Assembly: GCA_963664435.2 (NCBI GenBank)
Contig: CAXXKM010000003.1
Coordinates: 128,001 to 192,000 of the forward strand
Reading direction: 5' to 3'
Length of the DNA stretch: 64,000 nucleotides
Origin: Longimicrobiales bacterium
GTDB taxonomy: Bacteria > Gemmatimonadota > Gemmatimonadetes > Longimicrobiales > Gaopeijiaceae
Below, in pieces: positions 1 to 9,428 of this stretch (positions within the stretch are counted from its first letter, which is position 1; every line of letters begins with the position of its first letter). A model generated the notes under the pieces. That model saw only the letters and a program-made list of their open reading frames with translations. It ran no database searches and had not been told where the DNA came from. The position numbers were made by a program, and so were the translations under genes.

Positions 1-693
1 TACGCCTGCCACAACGGCACCTCCGACATGCACATCATCGACATCTCCGACCCGGCCAACCCGGTCGAGGTGGGCCGCTGGGGGCTCGACAAGCAGGGCA
101 AGACGCTGCACGACGTCATCGTGCAGGACGGCTACGCCTACCTCTCCTACTGGAACGACGGCGTGATCATGCTGGATGTCGGAGCCGGAACCCACGACGG
201 CACCGCGCGCGAGCCGGCCTTCGTGAGCCAGTTCAAGTATCCGATCGGCAACACCCACGTGGCGTGGCGCCACGGCCGCTATCTCTATCTCGGTGACGAG
301 ATCTTCCCGCCGGGGTGGGATTCCGAGCGGCCCATCGAGGCGCGCGGCTTCATTCACGTGGTGGACTACTCCGACATCGAGAACCCGGTCGAGGTGGCGT
401 GGTACGAGGTGCCCGAGGCGGGGGTGCACAACGTCTGGGCCGAGGGCGACCGTCTCTACCTGGGATACTACCAGGCGGGGCTGCGCGTCCTGGACATCTC
501 GGGCGAGCTGCGCGGCAACCTCTACGAGCAGGGCAGGGAGGTCGCGGCCTTTGTGCCCCGGGACGACGACATGGTGGTGCCCAACTGGCCCATGACCTGG
601 GGAGCCCAGATCTTCAAGGGCCGCATCTACTCGTCGGATCTGAATTCCGGGATCTGGATCACCGAGCTGAGGCCGAAGCGGGTGGTGTTCTGA
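1..693 (+). CDS. LVIVD-repeat beta-propeller protein, 5' truncated by window edge
   Basis: Repeated LVIVD-type units (MHIIDISDPANPVEVG, IHVVDYSDIENPVEVA, GLRVLDIS); frame is open from base 1. Confidence 0.8.
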   Translation, partial: YACHNGTSDMHIIDISDPANPVEVGRWGLDKQGKTLHDVIVQDGYAYLSYWNDGVIMLDVGAGTHDGTAREPAFVSQFKYPIGNTHVAWRHGRYLYLGDEIFPPGWDSERPIEARGFIHVVDYSDIENPVEVAWYEVPEAGVHNVWAEGDRLYLGYYQAGLRVLDISGELRGNLYEQGREVAAFVPRDDDMVVPNWPMTWGAQIFKGRIYSSDLNSGIWITELRPKRVVF

Positions 694-751
694 GGGGGTG
701 ATTCCGCGCCTCTTTTGTTCGCCACTTTCGGCCTGACTTGGCCAACAAACG

Positions 752-1129
752 CTAACCGCGCAGAAGGGCCACGAGCACCAGCAGCCATCCGGCGATGAGC
801 AGCACCCCGCCGATCGGCGTGATGGCGCCGAGCCAGCGGGGCCCGGTCAGAACCAGCAGGTAGAGGCTGCCGGAAAACACCACCGTTCCGGTCACCATCA
901 GCCATCCTCCCCAGCCGGTCAGCGGACCGGCGAGGCGGGTGGCCAGCCACGCAACTCCGAGCAGGGCGAGCGCGTGGTACATCTGGTAGCGCACCGCCGT
1001 CTCGAAGATCTCCAGGTCCCGGGCCTCCAGGCGCTCGCGCAGAGCGTGGGCCCCGAACGCGCCCAGCGCAACCGCCAGGAGCGCCAGCGTGGCCCCGCTC
1101 GCTGCCAGGGCGCGCGCCAGCGCGGTCAC
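752..1129 (-). CDS. DUF423/YgdD (TMEM256) family small membrane protein
   Basis: Motifs GAFGAH, TAVRYQMYH, FSGSLY, GAITPIGG; four hydrophobic helices. Confidence 0.9.
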   Translation of the reverse strand: MTALARALAASGATLALLAVALGAFGAHALRERLEARDLEIFETAVRYQMYHALALLGVAWLATRLAGPLTGWGGWLMVTGTVVFSGSLYLLVLTGPRWLGAITPIGGVLLIAGWLLVLVALLRG

Positions 1130-1210
1130 CTTGCAGCCTCCTTCTTCACCGGTGCCGGCCGTTCCGGGACCATCCCGGTCATCGGCATGCCCGTGATCCA
1201 GGCGCTCCCC

Positions 1211-2986
1211 TCAGTACGCAATGGCGTAGGCCTCCCTCCTCGGGTCGGAAGCGGCGGTAAGGGTGCCGTCGCGGTCCCGGAGGATCATGTGGGCGCCCCC
1301 GAAGGTGGCCGTCCACCCGTGCACGATCTCGATCTGATGGCCCAACGCCTCGAGTTCTTCCAGGACGGACGCGCCGACGCGATCCTCGAAGGCCACTCCG
1401 AGTCCGTTGTAGCTGCGGAAGCGGGCCGCTTCGATGGCTGCCTGGGGCGTCATCCCGAACAGTACCATGTTGTTGACGATCTGGATCAGGCTCTGCGGCT
1501 GGCTGTCGCCCCCGGGCGTGCCCAGGGTGAAGGCGAAGCTTCCGTCGCTGCGGAGCGCCATCATCGGCGACAGGGTGTGATAGGGCCGTTTGCCGGGCGC
1601 GATGATGTTGGGATGGCCCGCCTGGAGATTGAAGAGGGCGCCCCGGTTGTGTAGCACGATCCCCGTTTCGGGCTCGAGCAGACCTGACCCGAAGCCGGCG
1701 AACAGGCTCTGGATCCAGCTGACCGCGTTGCCCCACTGGTCCACGGCGGTCAGGTATACGGTGTCGCCGGAGTCGTCCCGGGACGCTCCGCCACCCGCGG
1801 CCATCTCCGCGCCCACGCCCGCCGCGCGCGCCTCCGCTGCGGCACCCGCGTCCACCATGCCCGCGCGCCGGGCCAGGTAGTCGGGGTCGAGCAGGCGATC
1901 CAGCGGGATGTCGCTGAATGCCGGGTCGGCGGCCCACTGGTCGCGGTCGGCGAAGGCCAGCTTCTTCATCTCGATGAGGGTGTGGAGATAGCCGGCGGTG
2001 TTGTGGCCCAACTCCTTCATGTCGAACGACTTCGCCATTTCGAACAGCTGCAGCTGGGCGATGCCCTGGGTGTTGGGCGGCATCACCAGCATGGTGTGAT
2101 CCTCGTAGTCGCCCCGCAGCGGCTCCACCCAGGTGGTAGTGTGCGCCGCCAGGTCCGGAGTTCGCACGTAGCCGCCCTCCGCCTCCAGGAAGGCGCCGAT
2201 GCGGTCGGCTACGAAGCCCTGGTAGAAGCCGTCCCGACCGTCGGCGGCGACGCGCTCCAGGGTGGCGGCCAGTTCCGGGTTCCGGAGCAGGCTGCCCACC
2301 GGCGGCGGCGCCCCGCCCGGCAGGTAGAGCGCCCGCGCGTGGTCGTTCAGCGACCGCGAAGAGCCCGCGATGTCGCTGGCGAGCCGCGTGGAGACGGGGA
2401 AGCCGTCGCGGGCGTAGCCGATGGCGGGCGCCAGCAACTCTGCCAGCGGCCGGGTGCCGAAGCGGTCCAGGGCATCCACCCAGGCCGCCACCGCGCCGGG
2501 AACCGAGACCGAGAGGGGGCCGTTGCCGGGCACCCGGTCGAGTTCGCGTTCGGCGAAAAGGGCGGGGGTGGCCAGCGCGCCGGCGCGACCGCTTCCGTTC
2601 ATCGCGTACACGCGCCCGCTTTCAGCCTCATGGTAGATCATGAAAGCGTCACCGCCGACACCGTTCATGTGCGGACGCACCACGGCCAGCACCCCCGCCA
2701 TGGCGATTGCCGCGTCGATGGCGTTGCCGCCCCGGCGCAGCACCTCGTGGCCCGCGGCGGCGGCAAGCGGATGGCCGGCGGACACGGCCGCGGTGACGCC
2801 GCGCACGTCGGGACGGTTGGTGGCGGGGAAGACCACCTCCGCTGAACTCTGTCCGGCCGTGCTGGCCTGAGCCGGCGCTTCCGCGGTCTCGCACGCGGTC
2901 GTGGCCAGAAGGGCGCTGATGGCCAGGGTGACGGCCGTGACTGTGCCCGCGGTGCGACGTGGGGCTCGAGCGGGAGCTTCGCGCAT
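1211..2986 (-). CDS. ggt: Gamma-glutamyltransferase family lipoprotein
   Basis: GGNAIDAA, GVGGDAF, nucleophile Thr in GDTVYLTAVD, PGKRPYHTLSP, GTPGG, DPRR; lipobox LATTAC; AGGAG before ATG 2986. Confidence 0.9.
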   Translation of the reverse strand: MREAPARAPRRTAGTVTAVTLAISALLATTACETAEAPAQASTAGQSSAEVVFPATNRPDVRGVTAAVSAGHPLAAAAGHEVLRRGGNAIDAAIAMAGVLAVVRPHMNGVGGDAFMIYHEAESGRVYAMNGSGRAGALATPALFAERELDRVPGNGPLSVSVPGAVAAWVDALDRFGTRPLAELLAPAIGYARDGFPVSTRLASDIAGSSRSLNDHARALYLPGGAPPPVGSLLRNPELAATLERVAADGRDGFYQGFVADRIGAFLEAEGGYVRTPDLAAHTTTWVEPLRGDYEDHTMLVMPPNTQGIAQLQLFEMAKSFDMKELGHNTAGYLHTLIEMKKLAFADRDQWAADPAFSDIPLDRLLDPDYLARRAGMVDAGAAAEARAAGVGAEMAAGGGASRDDSGDTVYLTAVDQWGNAVSWIQSLFAGFGSGLLEPETGIVLHNRGALFNLQAGHPNIIAPGKRPYHTLSPMMALRSDGSFAFTLGTPGGDSQPQSLIQIVNNMVLFGMTPQAAIEAARFRSYNGLGVAFEDRVGASVLEELEALGHQIEIVHGWTATFGGAHMILRDRDGTLTAASDPRREAYAIAY

Positions 2987-3084
2987 GAGTGACGCTCCTG
3001 GATTCCAGTTGATGGTTGGCTTGCAGAAGAGGGGAATGTCCCTGTCGTTCTCCGTGTGCAGGATGCTACCGCGAGACGGGCGCG

Positions 3085-3283
3085 CGCCAGCCCCGCGGCC
3101 ATCAGGCACGACGCCACGTCCGGCCCTGCACCCGCCGGCCTTGCGGCCATCAGGCACGACGCCACGTCCGGCCCTGCACCCGCCGGCCTTGCGGCCATCA
3201 GGCACGACGCCACGTCCGGCCCTGCACCCGCCAGCCCTGCGGCCATCAGGCAAGACGCCGTGCCCGGCCCTGCACCCGCCGGC
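3085..3283. repeat. Intergenic 48-bp tandem repeat, about 4 copies
   Basis: Unit GCGGCCATCAGGCACGACGCCACGTCCGGCCCTGCACCCGCCGGCCTT starting at 3095, 3143, 3191 and (degenerate) 3239; no spacers. Confidence 0.95.
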
Positions 3284-3380
3284 GCCGCGCGCCCCCGGGG
3301 CCGTGAGCGGAGAGCAGCGGCTGGCCGCCGGGCCGAGCGGGCGGCTGGTGCGGACACCCGGTCGCGGACAGGTTCAGGTC

Positions 3381-4772
3381 ATGACGAACAAGCGGGGACT
3401 CGGGGTTTGGATGTGCACCTCCCTGGTGGCGGGGAGCATGATCGGCTCGGGCATCTTCCTTCTCCCGGCCTCGCTGGCCCCGTTCGGGGGCATCAGCATC
3501 GTGGGGTGGCTGGTCAGCGCCGGAGGAGCGATGTGTCTGGCGCTGGTCCTCGCCCGGCTCGGGGCCACGTTGCCGAAGGTCGGCGGGCCCTACGCGTACG
3601 GCCGCGAGGGGTTCGGCGATTTCGTGGGGTTCTGGATCGCATGGTCCTACTGGATTTCGCTGCTGGCGGGCAACGCGGCCCTGGCGGTCGCCACCGCGAG
3701 CTACGCCACCGTCTTCTGGCCGGTGCTCGCGGCCTCGCCGGCCGCGGGCCTGGCCATGGCGCTGGCCGTCCTGTGGACGCTCGCGCTGGTCAACGCGCAC
3801 GGCGTGCGCACGGCGGGGCTGGTCCAGCTCGTGACCACCGTGCTCAAACTGTTGCCGCTGGCGGCGATCGGAACCGTCGGGTTCGTCTACTTCCAGGCCG
3901 ACCACTTCCAACCGTTCAACCCCGCCGGAGAGAGCCCGTTCAACGCCGTAACGGCGACAGTCGCGCTCACCCTGTGGGCGTTTCTGGGGCTGGAGGCCGG
4001 AACGGTTCCCGCGGGCGACGTGCGCGACCCGGCTCGCACGATCCCGAAGGCCACGATCCTGGGCACGTCGATCGCCGCGGTCGTCTACATTGCGTGCACC
4101 GCCGCCGTCATGGGCATCATCGCGCCCGCGGAGCTTGCGTCGTCCACGGCGCCGTTCGCCGACGCGGCCGACTCCATCTGGGGGACCTGGGGGCGATGGA
4201 TCATCGGTGCGGGGGCCACCATCTCCTGCTTCGGCGCCCTCAACGGCTGGGTTCTGCTGACCGGCCAGATCCCGCGCGCCGCCGCCCTCGACGGCCTGCT
4301 CCCGGCGCGCTTTGCACACCTGAGCTCACGTGGCACGCCGGTCGCGGGGATCTTCCTTTCGGCAGCCCTCGCGACGATCCTCATCGCCATGAACTATACC
4401 AGGGGCCTGGTGCAGGCCTTCACCTTCCTCATCCTGCTGGCCACCCTGGCGACGCTGCTGCCCTACGTCTTCACGAGCATGACGGGACTCATGATGGCTC
4501 TTCGCGAGCGCGCCAGGTCACGAATTCATGGCCGCGCGGCCACCGGGCCTCTGGCGCGGGCGATCGTGAGCGTGCTGGCGTTCGGGTTCTCGCTGTGGGC
4601 GGTGGTGGGCGCGGGCGCCGAAACCGTGTTCTGGGGCTTCCTCATGCTGCTGGCCGGGGTCCCGGTCTTCGCCGCGATGCGGTGGCGGCGGGACGGCTCG
4701 TCCGGGAGAGGGTCGGCCTCCGGAGGTGGATCGGGGACGCCGGGTGACCGAGCGGCGGAAGAATGGCGATGA
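3381..4772 (+). CDS. APC-family amino acid permease (AdiC/CadB/PotE-like basic amino acid antiporter)
   Basis: GSMIGSGIFLLPASLA, GGPYAY, LWAFLGLE, PARTIPKATILG; about 12 TM helices. Confidence 0.9.
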   Translation: MTNKRGLGVWMCTSLVAGSMIGSGIFLLPASLAPFGGISIVGWLVSAGGAMCLALVLARLGATLPKVGGPYAYGREGFGDFVGFWIAWSYWISLLAGNAALAVATASYATVFWPVLAASPAAGLAMALAVLWTLALVNAHGVRTAGLVQLVTTVLKLLPLAAIGTVGFVYFQADHFQPFNPAGESPFNAVTATVALTLWAFLGLEAGTVPAGDVRDPARTIPKATILGTSIAAVVYIACTAAVMGIIAPAELASSTAPFADAADSIWGTWGRWIIGAGATISCFGALNGWVLLTGQIPRAAALDGLLPARFAHLSSRGTPVAGIFLSAALATILIAMNYTRGLVQAFTFLILLATLATLLPYVFTSMTGLMMALRERARSRIHGRAATGPLARAIVSVLAFGFSLWAVVGAGAETVFWGFLMLLAGVPVFAAMRWRRDGSSGRGSASGGGSGTPGDRAAEEWR

Positions 4773-5686
4773 GCCCCGGACCGGGGGCCGGGCCGGCAGA
4801 CGAGTCTCCGGGGACGGGCAGCTTCGGCGTGGCGAGCATGACGGATCCGCTCCGGCGGGTCGCGATGCGCCGTCCGGGCCCGGCCACGCGCGAAGCCGAT
4901 CCGGCGCTCTGGCACTACGCAGGACCGCTGGATGCGGACCGCCTGACGCGCCAGTACGACGCGTTCACGGCCGTCGTCGCCGAGTCGGGGGCGGAGATCG
5001 AGTGGATGCCCGAAGCCGACGACGGCCTCGCCGACTCGATCTTCGTCTTCGATCCCTCCTTCATGACCCCCGCAGGCGCCATCCTGCTCCGCCCCGGCAA
5101 GTCCCTCCGGCGCCCCGAAGTAGCGCTTCACGAAGCACTCTTCCGGCAGCTGGGCGTGCCCGTCGTCGGAAGGGTGGCGCCTCCGGGCATGGCGGAGGGG
5201 GGCGACCTCCTGTGGATCGACGACACCACGCTCGTCGCGGCGCGCTCGTTCCGCACCAATCAAGCCGGAATCGATCGACTTCGCGGCATCCTGGAGCCCC
5301 TCGGCGTCCGGATTCTGGCGTTCGATCTTCCCGTGTGGCAGGGCCGCGCCGCCTGCCTGCACCTCCTCTCGATCATCAGCCCGCTGGATCGCGATCTGGC
5401 GCTGGTCTACCCGCGCCTCCTGCCCGTGGCGCTGCGCGAGCTGCTGCGGGAGAGGGGCATCCGGTGCCTGGCGGCGAGCGACGAGGAGTTCGAGGCATCG
5501 AACGGGCTGAACCTGAACGTGCTCTCGGTGGCGCCACGGAACTGCATCGCGGTCGACGGATTCCCGCATACGGTGGGATTGATGCGCGATGCCGGGTGCC
5601 GGGTGGCATGCTTCGAAGCGGATGCCCTCTGCATCCCGTGCGAAGGCGGGCCGACATGCCTTACCCTGCCTCTGTGGCGGGCGTAG
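4769..5686 (+). CDS. Amidinotransferase-superfamily enzyme (DDAH / arginine deiminase-like)
   Basis: DSIFVFD, EGGD, RTNQAG, LHLLS, C-terminal GGPTCLT with catalytic Cys; ATGA overlap with permease stop. Confidence 0.85.
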   Translation: MSPGPGAGPADESPGTGSFGVASMTDPLRRVAMRRPGPATREADPALWHYAGPLDADRLTRQYDAFTAVVAESGAEIEWMPEADDGLADSIFVFDPSFMTPAGAILLRPGKSLRRPEVALHEALFRQLGVPVVGRVAPPGMAEGGDLLWIDDTTLVAARSFRTNQAGIDRLRGILEPLGVRILAFDLPVWQGRAACLHLLSIISPLDRDLALVYPRLLPVALRELLRERGIRCLAASDEEFEASNGLNLNVLSVAPRNCIAVDGFPHTVGLMRDAGCRVACFEADALCIPCEGGPTCLTLPLWRA

Positions 5687-5765
5687 GCCCGCGCTACCGC
5701 AGTGCTCGGCTTCGAGTACGGCTGGGGCGACCGTCCTGAGAGCCACCGTGTGGCCTGAGGGTTTG

Positions 5766-5791
5766 TGCAACACCGACGCGGCGATTCCGTA
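5766..5791 (+). promoter_or_regulatory. Putative ECF-sigma promoter TGCAAC-N16-CGTA
   Basis: Resembles SigW-type TGAAAC-N16-CGTA; 60 nt upstream of ATG 5852. Confidence 0.5.
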
Positions 5792-5851
5792 CTGGATTAC
5801 CGGACGGATTCGGATTCCATCACTTCGCGACACCGCTATGGAGGCGGGCCA

Positions 5852-6151
5852 ATGGACTGGGAAGCTCTCGTCGCCCTGGTAGTTCCTACCGTATTCATCG
5901 TCACGGTCGGGGGCGTAATCGTGCTGCGGCCCATCGCCAAGCGCTTCGGCACGCTGCTCGATGCGATGGCTCGGGAGAGGTCCGGCGCTCCCCCGGAGGA
6001 GATCCGCCGCCTGGGCGAGGCGGTCGCAACCGTGAACGATCGGCTGACGCTGCTGGAGGAGCGTCTGGATTTCACCGAGCGGCTGATCGGCCCACGCGCA
6101 TCCGGCGGCACCGGTCCCGCCGGGGGCGAAGGAAAGCCGCCAGGCTATTAG
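5852..6151 (+). CDS. Small single-TM coiled-coil protein (PspB-like architecture)
   Basis: N-terminal TM, then RLTLLEERLDFTERL; GGAGG RBS. Confidence 0.75.
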   Translation: MDWEALVALVVPTVFIVTVGGVIVLRPIAKRFGTLLDAMARERSGAPPEEIRRLGEAVATVNDRLTLLEERLDFTERLIGPRASGGTGPAGGEGKPPGY

Positions 6152-6180
6152 CCAAGCAAAGCTAAGCTAGCCTAAGCTAA
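6151..6180. repeat. Imperfect pentanucleotide repeat (GCTAA)x6
   Basis: GCCAA GCAAA GCTAA GCTAG CCTAA GCTAA between two convergent stop codons. Confidence 0.7.
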
Positions 6181-7100
6181 CGGCTGATCGTCGTGCCGGA
6201 CGGGCCCGGGTCAGCCGACATCGGTTGGTCGCGGCGTACCACGACAGTGGCCGAATCCGCGATCAACGGGTCGGGACCGGTTACCACTTCGTGATCCTTG
6301 TCCGGATAGTCCAGACGGGAAAGGAAATACTGCATCGCGGCGATGCGCGCGCGCTTCTTGTCGTCCGACTTGATCACCGTCCAGGGCGCGTCCGCCGTGT
6401 CCGTATAGAAGAACATCGCCTCCTTGGCCTGCGTGTAGTCGTCCCACTTGTTCAGCGACGCCAGGTCGACCGGGGAGATCTTCCACTGCTTGAGCGGGTC
6501 GGTGTTGCGGCGCTCGAAGCGGTGCGCCTGTTCGTCCTGCGACACCGAGAAATAGAACTTGAAGAGCAGGATGCCGCTGTTGACCAGCATGCGTTCGAGT
6601 TCCGGGCACTGGCGCAGGAACTCGAGGTACTCCTGCCCGGTGCAGAATCCCATGACGCGCTCGACGCCCGCGCGGTTGTACCACGAGCGGTCGAAGAGCA
6701 CCATTTCCCCGGTCGACGGCAAGTGTCGGACATAGCGCTGGAAGTACCACTGGCCCCGCTCGACCTCGCTCGGCTTGTCGAGGGCGACGACGCGCGCGCC
6801 ACGCGGATTGAGGTGCTCCATGAACCGCTTGATGGTGCCGCCCTTGCCGGCTGCGTCGCGTCCTTCGAACAGAATGACGATCTTCTTCCCGGACCGTCGC
6901 ACCCAGCGCTGGACCTTCAGCAGCTCGACCTGCAGTTGCGCCTTCTGCCGCTCGTATTCCTTCCGCTTCATCTTGTCGCGGTAGGGATAGACGCCGTCCC
7001 GAAAGATGCGCTCGACCGTGACCGGACCCCGAAGGTCCTCGGCGGGTCTGTTGAGCGTGCGGGCCTGGTCGCTGTTTCGTCCGATCATGTTGCCGCTCAT
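6177..7100 (-). CDS. ppk2: Polyphosphate kinase 2
   Basis: FEGRDAAGKGG, HLNPRG, FDRSWYNRAGVERVMGFC, DPLKQWK. Confidence 0.95.
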   Translation of the reverse strand: MSGNMIGRNSDQARTLNRPAEDLRGPVTVERIFRDGVYPYRDKMKRKEYERQKAQLQVELLKVQRWVRRSGKKIVILFEGRDAAGKGGTIKRFMEHLNPRGARVVALDKPSEVERGQWYFQRYVRHLPSTGEMVLFDRSWYNRAGVERVMGFCTGQEYLEFLRQCPELERMLVNSGILLFKFYFSVSQDEQAHRFERRNTDPLKQWKISPVDLASLNKWDDYTQAKEAMFFYTDTADAPWTVIKSDDKKRARIAAMQYFLSRLDYPDKDHEVVTGPDPLIADSATVVVRRDQPMSADPGPSGTTISR

Positions 7101-7135
7101 GATGCGCTCTCCCTTCTCCTGATCGAGCCCTTCCG

Positions 7136-8710
7136 CTATCTCGAACCCCCGGCACGCGCCTCCACCAGCCCGGGGACTTCCTCGTCGGCCGCCGACCAGG
7201 CCGCCGCCAAGGCGGCGTATGCCTCGCGCGCGGCGGTTTCGTCGCCGAGCGCGGTCGCGGTGCGGGCCAGCCCAAGCAGCGACTGGGTGCGCCGGGGTGT
7301 GCGGGCGAGCTGGTCCCGCCACGCCGGGAGCGCCTCCTCCTGGCGGCCGAGGGCGGCCAGCTCCACCGCCAGCAGTTCATGGGGCGGCATGAGCGTGGCC
7401 GGGGGGCCGAATTCGTAGGGAAGCGCCTCCTCCTGCCGGGCCGCCTCCCTGAGGAGCGCGATGCCTGTCTCGGAATCGCCCGCGGCCAGCGCGACGAGGG
7501 CGTCCAGTGCCCCCAGGAGGATGGCGTGCCGGGGGTTGCCCTGGGCGCCGGGTTCTCCGTGGCGTGCGCGGAGCCGCCGTGCGCGTTCCGCGTCCCCCGT
7601 GCGCAGGGCGGCGAGGGCATCCACGAAGTCGTTGGGGAGCGCCAGCCCGGGGAACGCCGTCAGGTCGGCCGAGATCTCTCCGGCCCGCGCCCACTCCCCG
7701 GGGTCGATCACCGCGCGCGCCTTCATCTGCACGAAGTACGCGGCTTCGTCCGGGGCCGGTGCGTCCGCCATGCGCGCCATGCACGCGGCCATCCCGGCGG
7801 CGGCGTCCTCCAGGCGCCCCAGCTGCAGGTACCCGTAGTGCAGCCACGACGTATAGTGGCCGCATACGTTCGCCCGCTGCCCCCGGCGGGCCCGAGCCGC
7901 GTTCTGCACGTCGCGGGCGCGAACGTTGGCCGCGACCACGTCCTCCCACAGGCCCATGGCCACGAAGATGTGGGAGGTCATGTGCTGGGCATGGCCCGCG
8001 TCCGGCGCGATTTCCGAGTACGCCCGAGCCGCCGGCAGTCCAAGGGGCGCGTGGATGGGGTCGTCGAAGGCATGGATGACGTAATGGGCCGCGCCCGGGT
8101 GCATCGGGTTCTCTTCGAGCACGGGCTGAGCCACTGCGGCCGCCTTCATGTAGATCGCGAAGTCGCGGCCGTCATGCGCCGTTCCCAGCAGCGACAGCGC
8201 GTAGAAGGCACGCGCGTCCTGGTCTTCGGGGTATCTCTCGGCCAACCGCCTCATGGCGTCGCGGTAGCGGAAATCCCGCGCCTCCTTGGAGCCCTCGCCG
8301 TAGAGGATCTCCACCGTCTCCAGCCAGTCCCTTTCGCGTGCGGTGGGAACTTGGGCGAGCCGTTCGCGGGGCGTCGGCGCGTATGCGCCAAGGACGGCCA
8401 GCGCCGCATCCCGGTCCTGTTCCATCCAGATGGGATGATTGTAGGTGTGGGCCTCGCCCCAGTAGGCCATCGCGAAATCCGGATCGATCGCGCGCGCTCT
8501 CCTGAAGCGGGCCGCCGCGTCCTCGTATTCGAAGTTGTGCAGAAGCATCAGCCCCGCCTCGAAGTGCGGCTGAGCCTCGGCCGACCCCGACGTGGGGAAG
8601 TTCACGGATCCGAGCTCCTGCGCCCCGGACGGCCCGGGAACGAGCAGGCAGAACAGCGAGCCGAGCACGGGGAGCGTCTTCCCGGAAACCATCCAGGCAC
8701 GAGCGTTCAT
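7136..8710 (-). CDS. Secreted TPR-repeat protein with conserved His motifs
   Basis: Signal peptide ending SGA-Q; DPDFAMAYWGEA, HPGAAHYVIH, HAQHMTSHIF; helical repeats. Confidence 0.8.
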   Translation of the reverse strand: MNARAWMVSGKTLPVLGSLFCLLVPGPSGAQELGSVNFPTSGSAEAQPHFEAGLMLLHNFEYEDAAARFRRARAIDPDFAMAYWGEAHTYNHPIWMEQDRDAALAVLGAYAPTPRERLAQVPTARERDWLETVEILYGEGSKEARDFRYRDAMRRLAERYPEDQDARAFYALSLLGTAHDGRDFAIYMKAAAVAQPVLEENPMHPGAAHYVIHAFDDPIHAPLGLPAARAYSEIAPDAGHAQHMTSHIFVAMGLWEDVVAANVRARDVQNAARARRGQRANVCGHYTSWLHYGYLQLGRLEDAAAGMAACMARMADAPAPDEAAYFVQMKARAVIDPGEWARAGEISADLTAFPGLALPNDFVDALAALRTGDAERARRLRARHGEPGAQGNPRHAILLGALDALVALAAGDSETGIALLREAARQEEALPYEFGPPATLMPPHELLAVELAALGRQEEALPAWRDQLARTPRRTQSLLGLARTATALGDETAAREAYAALAAAWSAADEEVPGLVEARAGGSR

Positions 8711-8909
8711 CAGGCTGCTTCCTTCCAGGGTTGCGGGGCTGGCGTCGTCTAATGTCAGCAAGCCCCGCGAGAGGCGCCAGAGTGCACGGTGGGCGGGGGT
8801 TTGGTCGATTTCGCCGGCGGTCTTAGGTTCTTGGCGCTCGCGATGGATGAAGCCGGTGCCGTCAACCCCCGGAGAACCCGATGCCGAACGTACCACCGGG
8901 TTGTTTGTC

Positions 8910-9428
8910 ATGACGTTGCCCGCATCCGGGCGTGTGAGCTTCCGTCCCATGTTGCCGGCCGACTGGCCCGAAGTGGCCGAGATCTACCGGCAGGGGATCG
9001 AATCCGGCAACGCCACCTTCGAGACGGAGGTTCCGAGCTGGGATGCGTGGAATGCGGACCGCAGCCCCGATTGCCGCATGATCGCGGAAGTGGACGGCCG
9101 GATCGCTGGTTTTGCCGCGCTCAGTCCGCTCTCGGGACGCTGCGTCTACGACGGGGTGCGCGAGGCTACGATCTACATTGCGGAGTCGGCCCGCGGACAG
9201 GGCGTGGGCAGCGCGCTCCTGCGCGAACTCGTCGCCGAGACCGAAGCGTTGGGCATCTGGACGCTGGAAGCGGGGATCTTTCCGGAGAACAAGGCCTCGA
9301 TCCGCATCTTCGAGCGGTGCGGGTTCCGCATCCTCGGCATTCACGAGCGCCTGGGCCGGTTCCATGACGGCCGCTGGCGCGATGTCGTGCTCATGGAACG
9401 GCGAAGCCGGATCGCGGGAGTGGATTGA
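8910..9428 (+). CDS. GNAT N-acetyltransferase (Pat/MddA/YwnH-like)
   Basis: ATFET, ARGQGVGSALL, GIFPENKAS, WRDVVLMERRS. Confidence 0.85.
   Translation: MTLPASGRVSFRPMLPADWPEVAEIYRQGIESGNATFETEVPSWDAWNADRSPDCRMIAEVDGRIAGFAALSPLSGRCVYDGVREATIYIAESARGQGVGSALLRELVAETEALGIWTLEAGIFPENKASIRIFERCGFRILGIHERLGRFHDGRWRDVVLMERRSRIAGVD

Noticed and set aside
3085..3283. CRISPR array or guanidine-II riboswitch
   Set aside because: No unique spacers and no cas genes; the ACGA words lack the G-ACGR-C closed hairpins
2901..3380. Long N-terminal extensions of the ggt and permease ORFs through the repeat
   Set aside because: The 48-bp repeat is stop-free by composition; true-looking starts are 2986 (with RBS) and 3381
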